DNA of 64,000 nucleotides from an uncultured Prolixibacteraceae bacterium. GTDB taxonomy: Bacteria > Bacteroidota > Bacteroidia > Bacteroidales > FEN-979. The stretch spans positions 250,445 to 314,444 of the forward strand of contig CAZGIM010000001.1 in assembly GCA_964525995.1 (NCBI GenBank), in the 5' to 3' direction. Numbering within the stretch: the first letter of the stretch is position 1; every line of letters begins with the position of its first letter. This document shows, piece by piece, positions 28,778 through 37,401 of this stretch. The notes beneath the pieces are model-generated. The model had not been told where the DNA came from, made no database searches, and saw only the letters and a list, made by a program, of their open reading frames with translations. A program made the position numbers and the translations under genes.

Positions 28778-31144
28778 TCAGAACGGATACCCGATCCCGA
28801 AATTCCAGATGATATCGCCAAGTTGCATTTTATTAAAATACCATCGGTTTCCTTCTTCGTAGGAGGGTACCCGAATTGGAATGGCCGGATCCAAACGGAT
28901 GACAAAAAAATCGAAATCCAACCTGATTCCCAGCCCGGCATCCAGCCCAATCTGATTGATGAATCCGGGAAAAGTGAATTTCCCGCCAGGAAGGTCTTCC
29001 GAATCCTCTAACAGCCATATATTCCCGGCATCCACAAACAAAGCTCCCCTGAACCAGTCGTATATCGGGAAACGATATTCCACATTGGCTTCCAGTTGAA
29101 TATCGCCAATCTGGTTGAAGTTATTCTCTTCATCGTCTGTTTTGTAGGTGCCGGGTCCCAGCGAGTACATTTTCCAACCGCGCATTCCGTTGGCGCCACC
29201 GGCAAAGAATGCTTTTTCAAAGGGTAGGAGTTTGGAATTTCCATAGGGAATGCCAATCCCTCCGTAAAACCGATAGACCAGCGAGAACTGGTTCCCGATC
29301 ATGTTGTAGTACCTGAAATCAACATCCGGCCTGACATACTGCGAATAGGGAAGTCCAAAAATATCATATCCCCCGTCGGGACTTTTCTCAACCTTGAATA
29401 GTTCATCGATCCCGTATATCAGGTTCCCTCCGGTCTCGAAGTTTGCCCGGATGTACATGAAGTTTTTTACTTTATTGATCTGTTGATTGGAAAAAGTGAA
29501 GGTGTATTTCAATCCCGCTACCATATGGTCAGTATATTGATTACGTAACCGGTTGTCGGGCTCATTGTTGATTATTGAATCGAAATAGGAATCCGGAAAA
29601 ACCTTTACCAGAGAGACTTCAACCGGATTGAGTACGTGCTTGATCTTTTCGGTTTGCAACCATGAATATCCAAACGTAATATTGGAGATATGCCGGTCAT
29701 AATGTTGCTGGTGCTGATAATTATAACCCAATGTAATGGTGGTCTTTGGCTTAAAATATTTGGAAATCCGTTCCGGTTTTATCGGAATCAAAAACTGTGG
29801 GAATGTTAGTCCGGCGCTGGCCCCTAATTCGATCACGTTAAAAAATGAGCCGGCCGACATCCCGTCGGAAGCCTGCATCTGGAGTGAACCGTTCAGGTTG
29901 AGGCGGAACAGTTGCGCACCATTGAAAATATTACGGTTTTGGTACCCCACGCTTCCCTGTACCCCGAAGGCGCCTCCTGAGTTGGTTCCGTCAAGTGTGG
30001 TGGTAAAGGATTGTACGGGTGTGGGTGACAATTCGAGATGGCAGTCGATTTTATCTTTCTTTTTCGACTGTTCTTGTTCAGGAGCATCCCTGAAGGTTAT
30101 GTTGATGTACTTGAAAACCTGCAAACCCGATAATTGTGAATAAGTTTGATTGACGTCCAGGAGGTTATAATGAGAGCCGGGGGTAACAAAAACCGATTGG
30201 GCAATGGTTCGGGGTTTGACTCTGAAATTCCCGTTATAGAGAAAGTAATAGGTGTTGGGTGGTTGATTTTTCAGAGGATTGTCGTAAGTTCTCATCAGGG
30301 TATCGTAGGATCCTGTGTGCGTTGCCAGGTGGTCGAATTCAGGATAGATGTATATTTTATTGATATAGTATCGTTTGTGCGGGATTTGTTGAATCAGGGT
30401 AAAATCATCAAAGGAGGGTACAACCGGATTGGTTATTTCAAGGTTGATTGTTAGGCGGTGACGGTTGAGGTTTGAATCAATTCTGAAGAATATATAGCTG
30501 TTATTGAACCGGTAAAATCCCTGGTTCAACAGTAACGTAGTTATACGGGTGCGTTCATTGTCAAGAAGATACGCATTGTAGTTGGCTCCTTTTTTCAGGA
30601 GTGAACGTGCCGTGTCGCGAAATACGAATGAGGCGACCTGCGAATCGGCAATGGAATAAAAGATATCATAGATGGTGTAGGGCCTTGATGCCTGGATTTG
30701 GTAAATAACCGTCGCTTTTTTCTTTTTTAAGATGACCGAATCCTTCACAGATGCCTGGAAATAACCTATGTTGGCTAAGTAGAGCCCCATCTGTTTTGAG
30801 GTCATCGAAACCAGGCTGGTATCGAGGATAACCGGTGCAGCGCCGACTTTTGTACGGATCCATTTCTTGAATTTCGTATCCTTTCCTTTACTGCCAAGAT
30901 TGTAGAAGGCAATATTAGTTCGGAAAAGTCCGAAAAGCTTTTTATTCGGGTGTTGCTGAAAGTATGCCTCCAGATCGTCGGATGGAATTTTTTCACCTTT
31001 GACCTGGATCTTGTTTTTAATCAGCAGGTACTCCTGCGACTCCAGGTTCTTTGTCACATCGCAACCGGTCAATGCCGTCATCATTGATGCTAACAACATC
31101 AAAACCCAACCCATATGGAGTGTCGCAACCGGCCGGAGCTTCAT
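28778..31144 (-). CDS. Omp85-family outer-membrane protein (BamA/TamA-like)
   Basis: ORF 28778..31195; start set to MKLRPVATLHMGWVLMLLASMMTALTGC; POTRA-like N-terminal part; C-terminal surface-antigen barrel (GGANGMRGW...FVDAGNIW...NFGIGYPF). Confidence 0.8.
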   Translation of the reverse strand: MKLRPVATLHMGWVLMLLASMMTALTGCDVTKNLESQEYLLIKNKIQVKGEKIPSDDLEAYFQQHPNKKLFGLFRTNIAFYNLGSKGKDTKFKKWIRTKVGAAPVILDTSLVSMTSKQMGLYLANIGYFQASVKDSVILKKKKATVIYQIQASRPYTIYDIFYSIADSQVASFVFRDTARSLLKKGANYNAYLLDNERTRITTLLLNQGFYRFNNSYIFFRIDSNLNRHRLTINLEITNPVVPSFDDFTLIQQIPHKRYYINKIYIYPEFDHLATHTGSYDTLMRTYDNPLKNQPPNTYYFLYNGNFRVKPRTIAQSVFVTPGSHYNLLDVNQTYSQLSGLQVFKYINITFRDAPEQEQSKKKDKIDCHLELSPTPVQSFTTTLDGTNSGGAFGVQGSVGYQNRNIFNGAQLFRLNLNGSLQMQASDGMSAGSFFNVIELGASAGLTFPQFLIPIKPERISKYFKPKTTITLGYNYQHQQHYDRHISNITFGYSWLQTEKIKHVLNPVEVSLVKVFPDSYFDSIINNEPDNRLRNQYTDHMVAGLKYTFTFSNQQINKVKNFMYIRANFETGGNLIYGIDELFKVEKSPDGGYDIFGLPYSQYVRPDVDFRYYNMIGNQFSLVYRFYGGIGIPYGNSKLLPFEKAFFAGGANGMRGWKMYSLGPGTYKTDDEENNFNQIGDIQLEANVEYRFPIYDWFRGALFVDAGNIWLLEDSEDLPGGKFTFPGFINQIGLDAGLGIRLDFDFFVIRLDPAIPIRVPSYEEGNRWYFNKMQLGDIIWNFGIGYPF

Positions 31145-31282
31145 CCTGTCAAACCGTATTAAAATAGTTTCGATCCTTATAACATTTGGATGCAAAAACT
31201 AAAACCGAAAGCAAAAATAACGAGTTATACGGGATTACCCGTTCCCTGCCACAAAATGTTTGAGAATTGTCGGCGCTGAAAT

Positions 31283-31324
31283 AAAAAAATCGCTTACCTG
31301 CAACGGATGTAAGCGATTTTTTTT
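31283..31324 (-). terminator. bidirectional intrinsic terminator, probably the native tRNA-Val terminator
   Basis: ATCGCTTAC (31289..31297) pairs with GTAAGCGAT (31309..31317), flanked by an A7 run and a T run; directly follows the orphan tRNA 3' half on the minus strand. Confidence 0.65.
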
Positions 31325-31325
31325 C

Positions 31326-31372
31326 GGTGGGAGCAACAGGATTCGAACCTGTGACCCCCTGCTTGTAAGGCA
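31326..31372 (-). repeat. attL: orphan copy of the tRNA-Val 3' half (47 bp)
   Basis: base-for-base identical to 43062..43108; covers anticodon stem to the CC of the CCA end; no 5' half present. Confidence 0.9.
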
Positions 31373-31508
31373 TAATCTGTATTGATTATTATGTTAAATT
31401 GGCTTTAAGCACGTTTTTAGTATATTCTGCAAAATAAATCAAAATAAGTCAGTTACGACAACTTCATTTAAATTAATGTTAAATTTATTTGAATAAATTT
31501 TAATAAAA

Positions 31509-31540
31509 TGTTTGTATAGTTGTTTGTATAGTTGTATATT
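31509..31540 (+). repeat. tandem TGTTTGTATAGT repeats (candidate integrase arm-type sites)
   Basis: two exact 12-bp copies (31509..31520, 31521..31532) plus a partial third; TGTTTGTATA recurs at 43006..43015 near the other end. Confidence 0.5.
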
Positions 31541-31560
31541 TACAAGCAAATTCAGCAGCC

Positions 31561-32997
31561 ATGAAGCCAAAACCCATTCACGCCGTTACCGCTTCGATCG
31601 TTCTGGATACCCGGATTACCCGCAAAGGGGGGTATTATCCTGTGAAGCTTCGGCTAATACATGATCGTACGGCCATGTACTATAAAATATTGTACAACCC
31701 GGAGAGGTCCGGCGCAACACTGACAGAAACCCAGCAGTATTGGTTACAGAAGCAGAATTTAGGTATCAGTATGACCCCGTTGGAGTTTGCCGATACATTT
31801 AACCAATACACCCCGGAGGAAATTCAGCAGAATAAGGACAAAGACAAAAAGGGGGAGGTCAAACCCAAAAAGACAAATGAAAAGGAACCTTACCGGACAA
31901 TGTTTCTGTATCTAACCGGAATTGTATCTGACGCACAGGAAGTGATTGCAGGATTGTCCCATTTCACGTTTGAAGCCTTTAAGGAGGCGTTTTTTGAACA
32001 ACCCAAAGATAATACCGACATAGTGGCAGCCATTAAAACCAAGGCCACCAGGTTAAAGAATGAAGGGAAGATAGCAACCGCCGATATATACCAAAACACA
32101 CTAAATGCCTTGCAAGAATACACCCACCAACCAAAACTGAATTTTAATAAGGTAACACCGGATTTCCTTCGGCAATTCGAAAAAGGACTTTACGCCCGAA
32201 CTGTTGGCGGCAGGGCCAGAACCAAAAAACCCAAGGTGGAACGGAATATCAGCAGAACGACCGTATCAATGTATATGAGATGCCTTCGCAGTGTCTTTAA
32301 CGAATCGGCCCCGGAGGGTACGCCCTATCCGTTTCATACGAAAAAAGATAAAGAAAAAGACAGAAAATATATAATCCCGCAATGGACGGGTAACAAACGG
32401 GCGTTGACACAGGAGCAAGTATCACGGATTGCATGGTACACTTGTGATCCGGGCAGCCTGATTCACCAGAGCAGAGATTATTGGTTGTTCAGTTACTTGT
32501 GTAATGGAATGAATTTCAAAGACCTTGCCAATCTTCGGTACAGTAATATAAAAGGTGAGGAACTGGTTTTTGAACGGGCAAAGACTACTATTAATGGGAA
32601 GGTCACGCAAGTAAGGGTAATAATAACCCGACAGATAGGACGTATTATTGACCAGTGGGGCCAGAAGCCGGGAACGCCCGATAAATTCATTTTTCCGATT
32701 CTGACCCCGGATATGACACCAGAGAAGCAACATGCAACAATAAAGCAACTCGTAAAGACCACAAACAAGTATATCAGGAAGATATGTTCAGACTTAGAAA
32801 TCCCAGATGCTACAACATACACAGCAAGGCATTCGTTCGCGACGGTCCTGAAACGGTCGGGTGCATCGCTTGAGTTTATCAGTGAATCACTGGGTCATAA
32901 TGACCCCGTCACGACGAAAAATTATCTGGCGGATTTTGAAATTGAAGAGAAAAGAAAATGGGCAGAGAAGTTACTGCCCGATATTAATAATCAATAG
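31561..32997 (+). CDS. tyrosine-type site-specific integrase (Bacteroidota arm-binding type)
   Basis: 478-aa ORF; N-terminal ASIVLDTRITRKGGYYPVKLRLI arm-binding-like domain; C-terminal catalytic region TYTARHSFATVLKRSGASLEFISESLGHNDPVTTKNYL (R..H..R/H..Y). Confidence 0.9.
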   Translation: MKPKPIHAVTASIVLDTRITRKGGYYPVKLRLIHDRTAMYYKILYNPERSGATLTETQQYWLQKQNLGISMTPLEFADTFNQYTPEEIQQNKDKDKKGEVKPKKTNEKEPYRTMFLYLTGIVSDAQEVIAGLSHFTFEAFKEAFFEQPKDNTDIVAAIKTKATRLKNEGKIATADIYQNTLNALQEYTHQPKLNFNKVTPDFLRQFEKGLYARTVGGRARTKKPKVERNISRTTVSMYMRCLRSVFNESAPEGTPYPFHTKKDKEKDRKYIIPQWTGNKRALTQEQVSRIAWYTCDPGSLIHQSRDYWLFSYLCNGMNFKDLANLRYSNIKGEELVFERAKTTINGKVTQVRVIITRQIGRIIDQWGQKPGTPDKFIFPILTPDMTPEKQHATIKQLVKTTNKYIRKICSDLEIPDATTYTARHSFATVLKRSGASLEFISESLGHNDPVTTKNYLADFEIEEKRKWAEKLLPDINNQ

Positions 32998-33019
32998 TTT
33001 AACATTTAATTCTTATATT

Positions 33020-33232
33020 ATGGAAAAAGCAGAAACAATTATCAACCAGATTTCAACTATTGACCTACCTGAAATCCGTAAAAGTTTACGGGGAATGATG
33101 GATGCACACTTCCTTCAATATGGAGGTGAGGATTCCGACTCTGCATACAGCGCATTCCTTTCAATGGATGCATTGCTGGAAAGTTTGATAGAATACAATC
33201 AACAAAAGAAAGAACTGGCGACCCCAGCGTAA
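33020..33232 (+). CDS. hypothetical small acidic protein
   Basis: ATG 33020 inside ORF 32861..33232, 20 nt after the integrase stop; 70 aa, no recognised motif. Confidence 0.4.
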   Translation: MEKAETIINQISTIDLPEIRKSLRGMMDAHFLQYGGEDSDSAYSAFLSMDALLESLIEYNQQKKELATPA

Positions 33233-33310
33233 AACTTAAAACTGAATAAAATAGCTCGGGTTTCTGTTACAAACGGCAGCAAGCCCGGGCTACTTCTTTA
33301 ATGGTGAGTA

Positions 33311-33838
33311 TCATTTCTGAGGGATACCGTCAAACCAGTCCCAATGTCTTGTCTTTGGGTCCCTTTTGTAATATCCGACCTGTTTTTTGTCTCGGTTAAA
33401 CACATTCCAAATATCCTCCCGGACGGGATCTCTTTCCTTGTATCCACTATCCGGAAAATATACTCTTGTCGGCTCAGGCTGAGGCTTAGTGGCCGGCGGT
33501 GGTGGTGCCGACTGTCTTTTCTTCTCTGATATTTTTCCGACCAAATCCGATATTGTAACGCCGTTATCTGTTTTTACCGGCGTTAATTTGTCCGTAAATG
33601 TAAGGTCTTTAAAGTCCAATGGATTCCTTTTATATTCGTCGATTGAAACCGACCCGACAAACCTATTCATCGGAGAATAGAAATTTAACTGATCATGGTC
33701 TCTTTCACAGTAACCAATATAAACATCATCGCGGTAAATCTTCACACGGTCGTTTAACCGATCCTCTTTAAAGGTTATTGTTTGTGCCGACAGGCTTATG
33801 CCAATCAACATAATCAACAAAATGACAATGACTTTCAT
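33311..33838 (-). CDS. hypothetical exported protein
   Basis: 175-aa ORF; signal peptide MKVIVILLIMLIGISLSAQ; Pro-rich linker PPPPATKPQPEP; minus-strand TATATTTG box at 33852..33859. Confidence 0.6.
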   Translation of the reverse strand: MKVIVILLIMLIGISLSAQTITFKEDRLNDRVKIYRDDVYIGYCERDHDQLNFYSPMNRFVGSVSIDEYKRNPLDFKDLTFTDKLTPVKTDNGVTISDLVGKISEKKRQSAPPPPATKPQPEPTRVYFPDSGYKERDPVREDIWNVFNRDKKQVGYYKRDPKTRHWDWFDGIPQK

Positions 33839-34235
33839 GGCGCTTTTTTGCCAAATATAATCAAAATAATTTCATTTGTTGGTGTGACATGGTTTCTTTC
33901 ACCGGTTCCAGCGCTACCGGTTTGTCCGGTTCAGAATCGGAATAACCAATGAATTCCCTGGTGTGGAATGTTTCTATTTTGAATATTATAAATAAGGAGT
34001 ACATGGTTAAGAATAGTTTTTAATCCTGACTTGACCTCTTCTTTTGGGGCTCCTTGAGGGTTCGGGAGGGGTTCGGAAGGGGTTAAATGTGAAGTGTTTA
34101 TATTACAGGTTGTTAGCTCAGACAAGGAGATGAAATAAGATTGAAATTTGGTTTTTCTCACCCCCTGGGTTCGCCTGGAAACGATTTTCGGTTTTCAAGT
34201 GCCGGTCTCAATATACCTATTAAATTACTCCCTCT

Positions 34236-34931
34236 TTACGCAACGGTTTTTGAGGAATTTAGGATATTCAGTATATTTTGGAAAAGCGATGAGGGGATAT
34301 AATCATCAAATGTAGCTTCTTTGGGCGTTTTCGGGGCGGCCAGTAGTGCAGCCTCATCCGCTTTGTATTTCTGATTATATCCGAGAATTATATCCATCAA
34401 CCCCTGTTCGCCCCCAATGCCTGATATGAGTGAATTTATTCCCTTTTCTGCACTGCTGAGAATATCAAATGTCTTAGATTTCCCTTCTTCAAGTCCCATC
34501 AACTGAAGTGCATCCCGGCGGCGCTGCGTTTCGTTCTCGTACCCGGCAGACACACTTCCAAGGTACTGCGCCAGCCGGTTTTTATTGGCCAGGATCGCTG
34601 CATCGTTCTCCCTTCCTATCTGGCGCTTGGCCGCGTTGCCCTGGCTGTACATCTTCGAGAGTGCGTCAACCAATCCTCCTCCTGAAATGTAATCCTTCGC
34701 CTGGTTCAGTGTCATGGGAATCGACGAATCAATCTCAGAGAGTTGTTCCTGGTATCCGGGCAGTCCGGTATTAACATTTTCACGGAGTATGGCCTCACCA
34801 CGGCGGACACTCTCCGGGACTCTGGTGTTGCTTACCATCTCCGATAGCTTCGACTGCGTTTCGTCATGCGAAGCCGAAGAGAGCGCGCCGCCAACGATGG
34901 ATGAAACCAATCCTAATAATGAGCCGATCAT
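34236..34931 (-). CDS. hypothetical protein with a Gly/Ser-rich hydrophobic N-terminus
   Basis: ORF 34236..34979; start set to MIGSLLGLVSSIVGGALSSAS; the rest is helical and Gln/Ala-rich; no domain recognised. Confidence 0.55.
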   Translation of the reverse strand: MIGSLLGLVSSIVGGALSSASHDETQSKLSEMVSNTRVPESVRRGEAILRENVNTGLPGYQEQLSEIDSSIPMTLNQAKDYISGGGLVDALSKMYSQGNAAKRQIGRENDAAILANKNRLAQYLGSVSAGYENETQRRRDALQLMGLEEGKSKTFDILSSAEKGINSLISGIGGEQGLMDIILGYNQKYKADEAALLAAPKTPKEATFDDYIPSSLFQNILNILNSSKTVA

Positions 34932-35082
34932 AGTGTTTGATTTTATTACAAAGATATACCATGAAGCGGGCGTTTTCAATATTGAAACCCTTGGAATATC
35001 TGAATATTGTTAATTTCTAACTGACCATATTACCGGTAAATCGCAATTTGATGTATTTTCGTAAATAAACGAGGAGGTAAAC

Positions 35083-35238
35083 ATGGATCAGTCAGATGAG
35101 AGTTTTTCAGAAGAATTGAAGAAGGCACGGCAAACGAGGATGGAAAACTTAAAGCAATTAGTGAGGATATTGAAAGCAAGGCGGAAAGCAATAGAAAAGC
35201 TGAACTTAATAAGGCAGTCGGAAGAGCAGACGAAATAG
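35083..35238 (+). CDS. small coiled-coil ORF (51 aa) with a strong Shine-Dalgarno
   Basis: not in the supplied track (under 60 aa); GAGGAGG 5 nt upstream of ATG 35083; MDQSDESFSEELKKARQTRMENLKQLVRILKARRKAIEKLNLIRQSEEQTK. Confidence 0.4.
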   Translation: MDQSDESFSEELKKARQTRMENLKQLVRILKARRKAIEKLNLIRQSEEQTK

Positions 35239-35290
35239 GAAGGATTACCGTCGAAGTTAATACTTGATAACCAGCCAGAAGTGTTTTTGA

Positions 35291-35920
35291 ATGTTAGCAA
35301 TGTTAGCAAAAAAGGGTGAGACAGTTGGATTTAGTCGGCTTCGTGAGGAACGCAAAGAAAAGATTTTCCAAATGTACCTGGCATGTCATACACAGCAGGA
35401 AATAGCTGAGGCGGTGGGATTGCCACAACAAACCGTAGCTGATTCTTTACCGAAATTAACAGACTTGGAGAAATCGGTAAAGATTTTTTCCTCTTTTTCC
35501 GATCCTGACTTTGAAGTTCCGATTTACAACGTCTGGACGTTTGCGAAAAAGACCAATGAGGTAAGTCATTACGGCAATTCGGAGGTTAGAATTGTTGAAA
35601 ACCTGCTTTACCTATACACCGATCCTTTTGATATAGTTTTTGATCCGTTTGGTGGCGGTGGATCAACCATAGATGTTTGTAAAAAACGAATAAGGAGATA
35701 CTATGTTTCTGACAGGAAACCAATAGTTGAGCGTGAATCTGAAATAAGAAAACTTGATATAAACTACAACCTTCCGGATTTTAATAATCGTTGGAAGGAT
35801 GTCAGATTGGCATATCTCGATCCTCCATATTGGAAACAGGCAGAAAATCAGTATTCTAACGACTCTGATGATCTTGCAAATATGAGTTTGGATGAATTTA
35901 ACCGGTCCTCTTCTGTCTGA
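35291..35920 (+). CDS. DNA methyltransferase-like ORF (HTH, then AdoMet motif, then DPPY), probably truncated
   Basis: 209-aa ORF; HTH-like QQEIAEAVGLPQQTVAD; FDPFGGGGSTIDVCKK (motif I) precedes LAYLDPPYW (motif IV); stops 30 aa after DPPY, so motifs V-VIII and a target-recognition domain are absent. Confidence 0.5.
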   Translation: MLAMLAKKGETVGFSRLREERKEKIFQMYLACHTQQEIAEAVGLPQQTVADSLPKLTDLEKSVKIFSSFSDPDFEVPIYNVWTFAKKTNEVSHYGNSEVRIVENLLYLYTDPFDIVFDPFGGGGSTIDVCKKRIRRYYVSDRKPIVERESEIRKLDINYNLPDFNNRWKDVRLAYLDPPYWKQAENQYSNDSDDLANMSLDEFNRSSSV

Positions 35921-35925
35921 AATTA

Positions 35926-36489
35926 TTACTGTGGAAGTGGATAAATTTTTTCCCAAGTTTCAATTACCTTTTGGTCCCATATCATGCCAAGAGTATTGAG
36001 CGTAAGCCCATCACCTGAATGACATTGGTTTTCATACGACAATGAGAACCTATTGTTAACAATTGTGAATGAAATCGGAAATACACAGTCACATTTAAAT
36101 GGGAGAGATGAAAATGAAAATCTGCCAGGAATTGCACTTTTTTCAAACATGCACATTACACCAAGTTCTACCCTTACTTCACCGCCCACTATTGAATATA
36201 CGTTATACTGGTCCCCAAGTTTAACAATCACGGTCTCTACCTCTGAATTCAAGGGATTACCATATTCTTTATCTGGATTTGGCCATTTAAATTTGCTTAT
36301 GGTGATGGACTTTCTCAACCATATGCCCTCAAGTGCATCGAGTTGGCTATTATGTGAACTAAAGTAGTCAACTACACTCTGCTCAGAAGCTCCTTTGTAG
36401 AAAAATTGACATTGGGGAACTAATGGCATCAAAAAAAGCAGAATGCCAAACCAAATAAAAATTAAGCGTGTTTTACTAATTGCATACAT
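35926..36489 (-). CDS. hypothetical exported protein
   Basis: 187-aa ORF; hydrophobic leader LIFIWFGILLFLMPLVP; 9 nt downstream of the HNH gene on the same strand. Confidence 0.6.
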   Translation of the reverse strand: MYAISKTRLIFIWFGILLFLMPLVPQCQFFYKGASEQSVVDYFSSHNSQLDALEGIWLRKSITISKFKWPNPDKEYGNPLNSEVETVIVKLGDQYNVYSIVGGEVRVELGVMCMFEKSAIPGRFSFSSLPFKCDCVFPISFTIVNNRFSLSYENQCHSGDGLTLNTLGMIWDQKVIETWEKIYPLPQ

Positions 36490-36498
36490 TGTTTTGGT

Positions 36499-37014
36499 TT
36501 ATTTCTTGCGTATATATGTCTTTGTCCCTTTTGAGTTGATATAATATTTTCCTCCACGAGGCCCGGTCATTACTGGCCTTGATGAGTTAAAATTATAAGT
36601 AGGAGTTGAATAAAAGTGTGTGCTTTTGTAAGTCTTACTTTTTCTACCATACTGTGGAATGGGGCTACGACTATAGGTTGATACAGATCGCTCCTTTGCG
36701 GTTTTTATCTTATGTTCACGGGTGGAAAGCAGCTGCATGTTTGATGGTTCATCCTTGCCGCCTTGAGACAGTGGTATAATATGGTCAATCTGGTATCCCC
36801 GAGGTACTTTGTCGTATCCCTTGCTGCGTAAAAATTCTTTTTTTGCAGAAGAACTCCGCTCAACTTTTGGGTACCCTGTAGTTTTGTAATTCTCCCCAAC
36901 AATGTATTTTGTTTGGCCGACGCTATAGGTTTGCTTCTCCTGCCCTTGAATTAAATGCGATTGGCCTACAACAACATATAAAAGCAAAAAGAAAATTAGC
37001 TTTCTCATGGTCAA
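36499..37014 (-). CDS. exported HNH endonuclease-family protein with a basic GPRGGxYY tail
   Basis: 171-aa ORF; signal peptide MTMRKLIFFLLLYVVVGQS; HNH core GYQIDHIIPLSQGGKDEPSNMQLLSTREHKIK; C-terminal GPRGGKYYINSKGTKTY. Confidence 0.75.
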   Translation of the reverse strand: MTMRKLIFFLLLYVVVGQSHLIQGQEKQTYSVGQTKYIVGENYKTTGYPKVERSSSAKKEFLRSKGYDKVPRGYQIDHIIPLSQGGKDEPSNMQLLSTREHKIKTAKERSVSTYSRSPIPQYGRKSKTYKSTHFYSTPTYNFNSSRPVMTGPRGGKYYINSKGTKTYIRKK

Positions 37015-37401
37015 CCGATTTATTTTTGGGCGTTATTAGGTTCACAAAAAAAATGCAGCGCGAGCATATTACCTACTGCTGTTAGGGTTCGATCAAGAAC
37101 CCATGCCGCAAATAAAACAACTCTAAAACTGTTGCTGGGGGCGCTTCTTACTATCCTGCGGCGGTATTAGAATTTGGTCGATTTAAACAGCAGAATTCAG
37201 CTAAATGCTAAATCATATTAAGTTTTGGTTATGTTTCGATAATGTAGTTTTAGTTATTCAAAGTTAAAAATTGAATTAACGTGAAAAAATAAATTCTTAA
37301 AAATAATTATTATAGAGTTGAAATTCATCAAATACGTAACTTCTCTTCTCTTCCTTTGGCGGTTCATGGTTGACGTAATTGGGGGAATAGGTATCGCCCT
37401 A

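Noticed and set aside
31149-31373. 74-aa minus-strand ORF (MPYKQGVTGSNPVAPTEKK...)
   Set aside because: It is a translation across the orphan tRNA 3' half and its terminator. GSNPV is the usual artefact of reading a tRNA T-arm.
35088-35309. 73-aa minus-strand ORF
   Set aside because: It lies antisense to the SD-led 51-aa plus-strand ORF, and its composition (Phe/Ser/Asn-rich) looks non-coding.
37085-37102. GGGTTCGATCAAGAACCC hairpin resembling a tRNA T-arm in the GC-richer patch of the HNH/ParB-like divergent spacer
   Set aside because: I could not fold the flanks into acceptor, D or anticodon arms on either strand. The loop is 6 nt and lacks the TTCRANY pattern.
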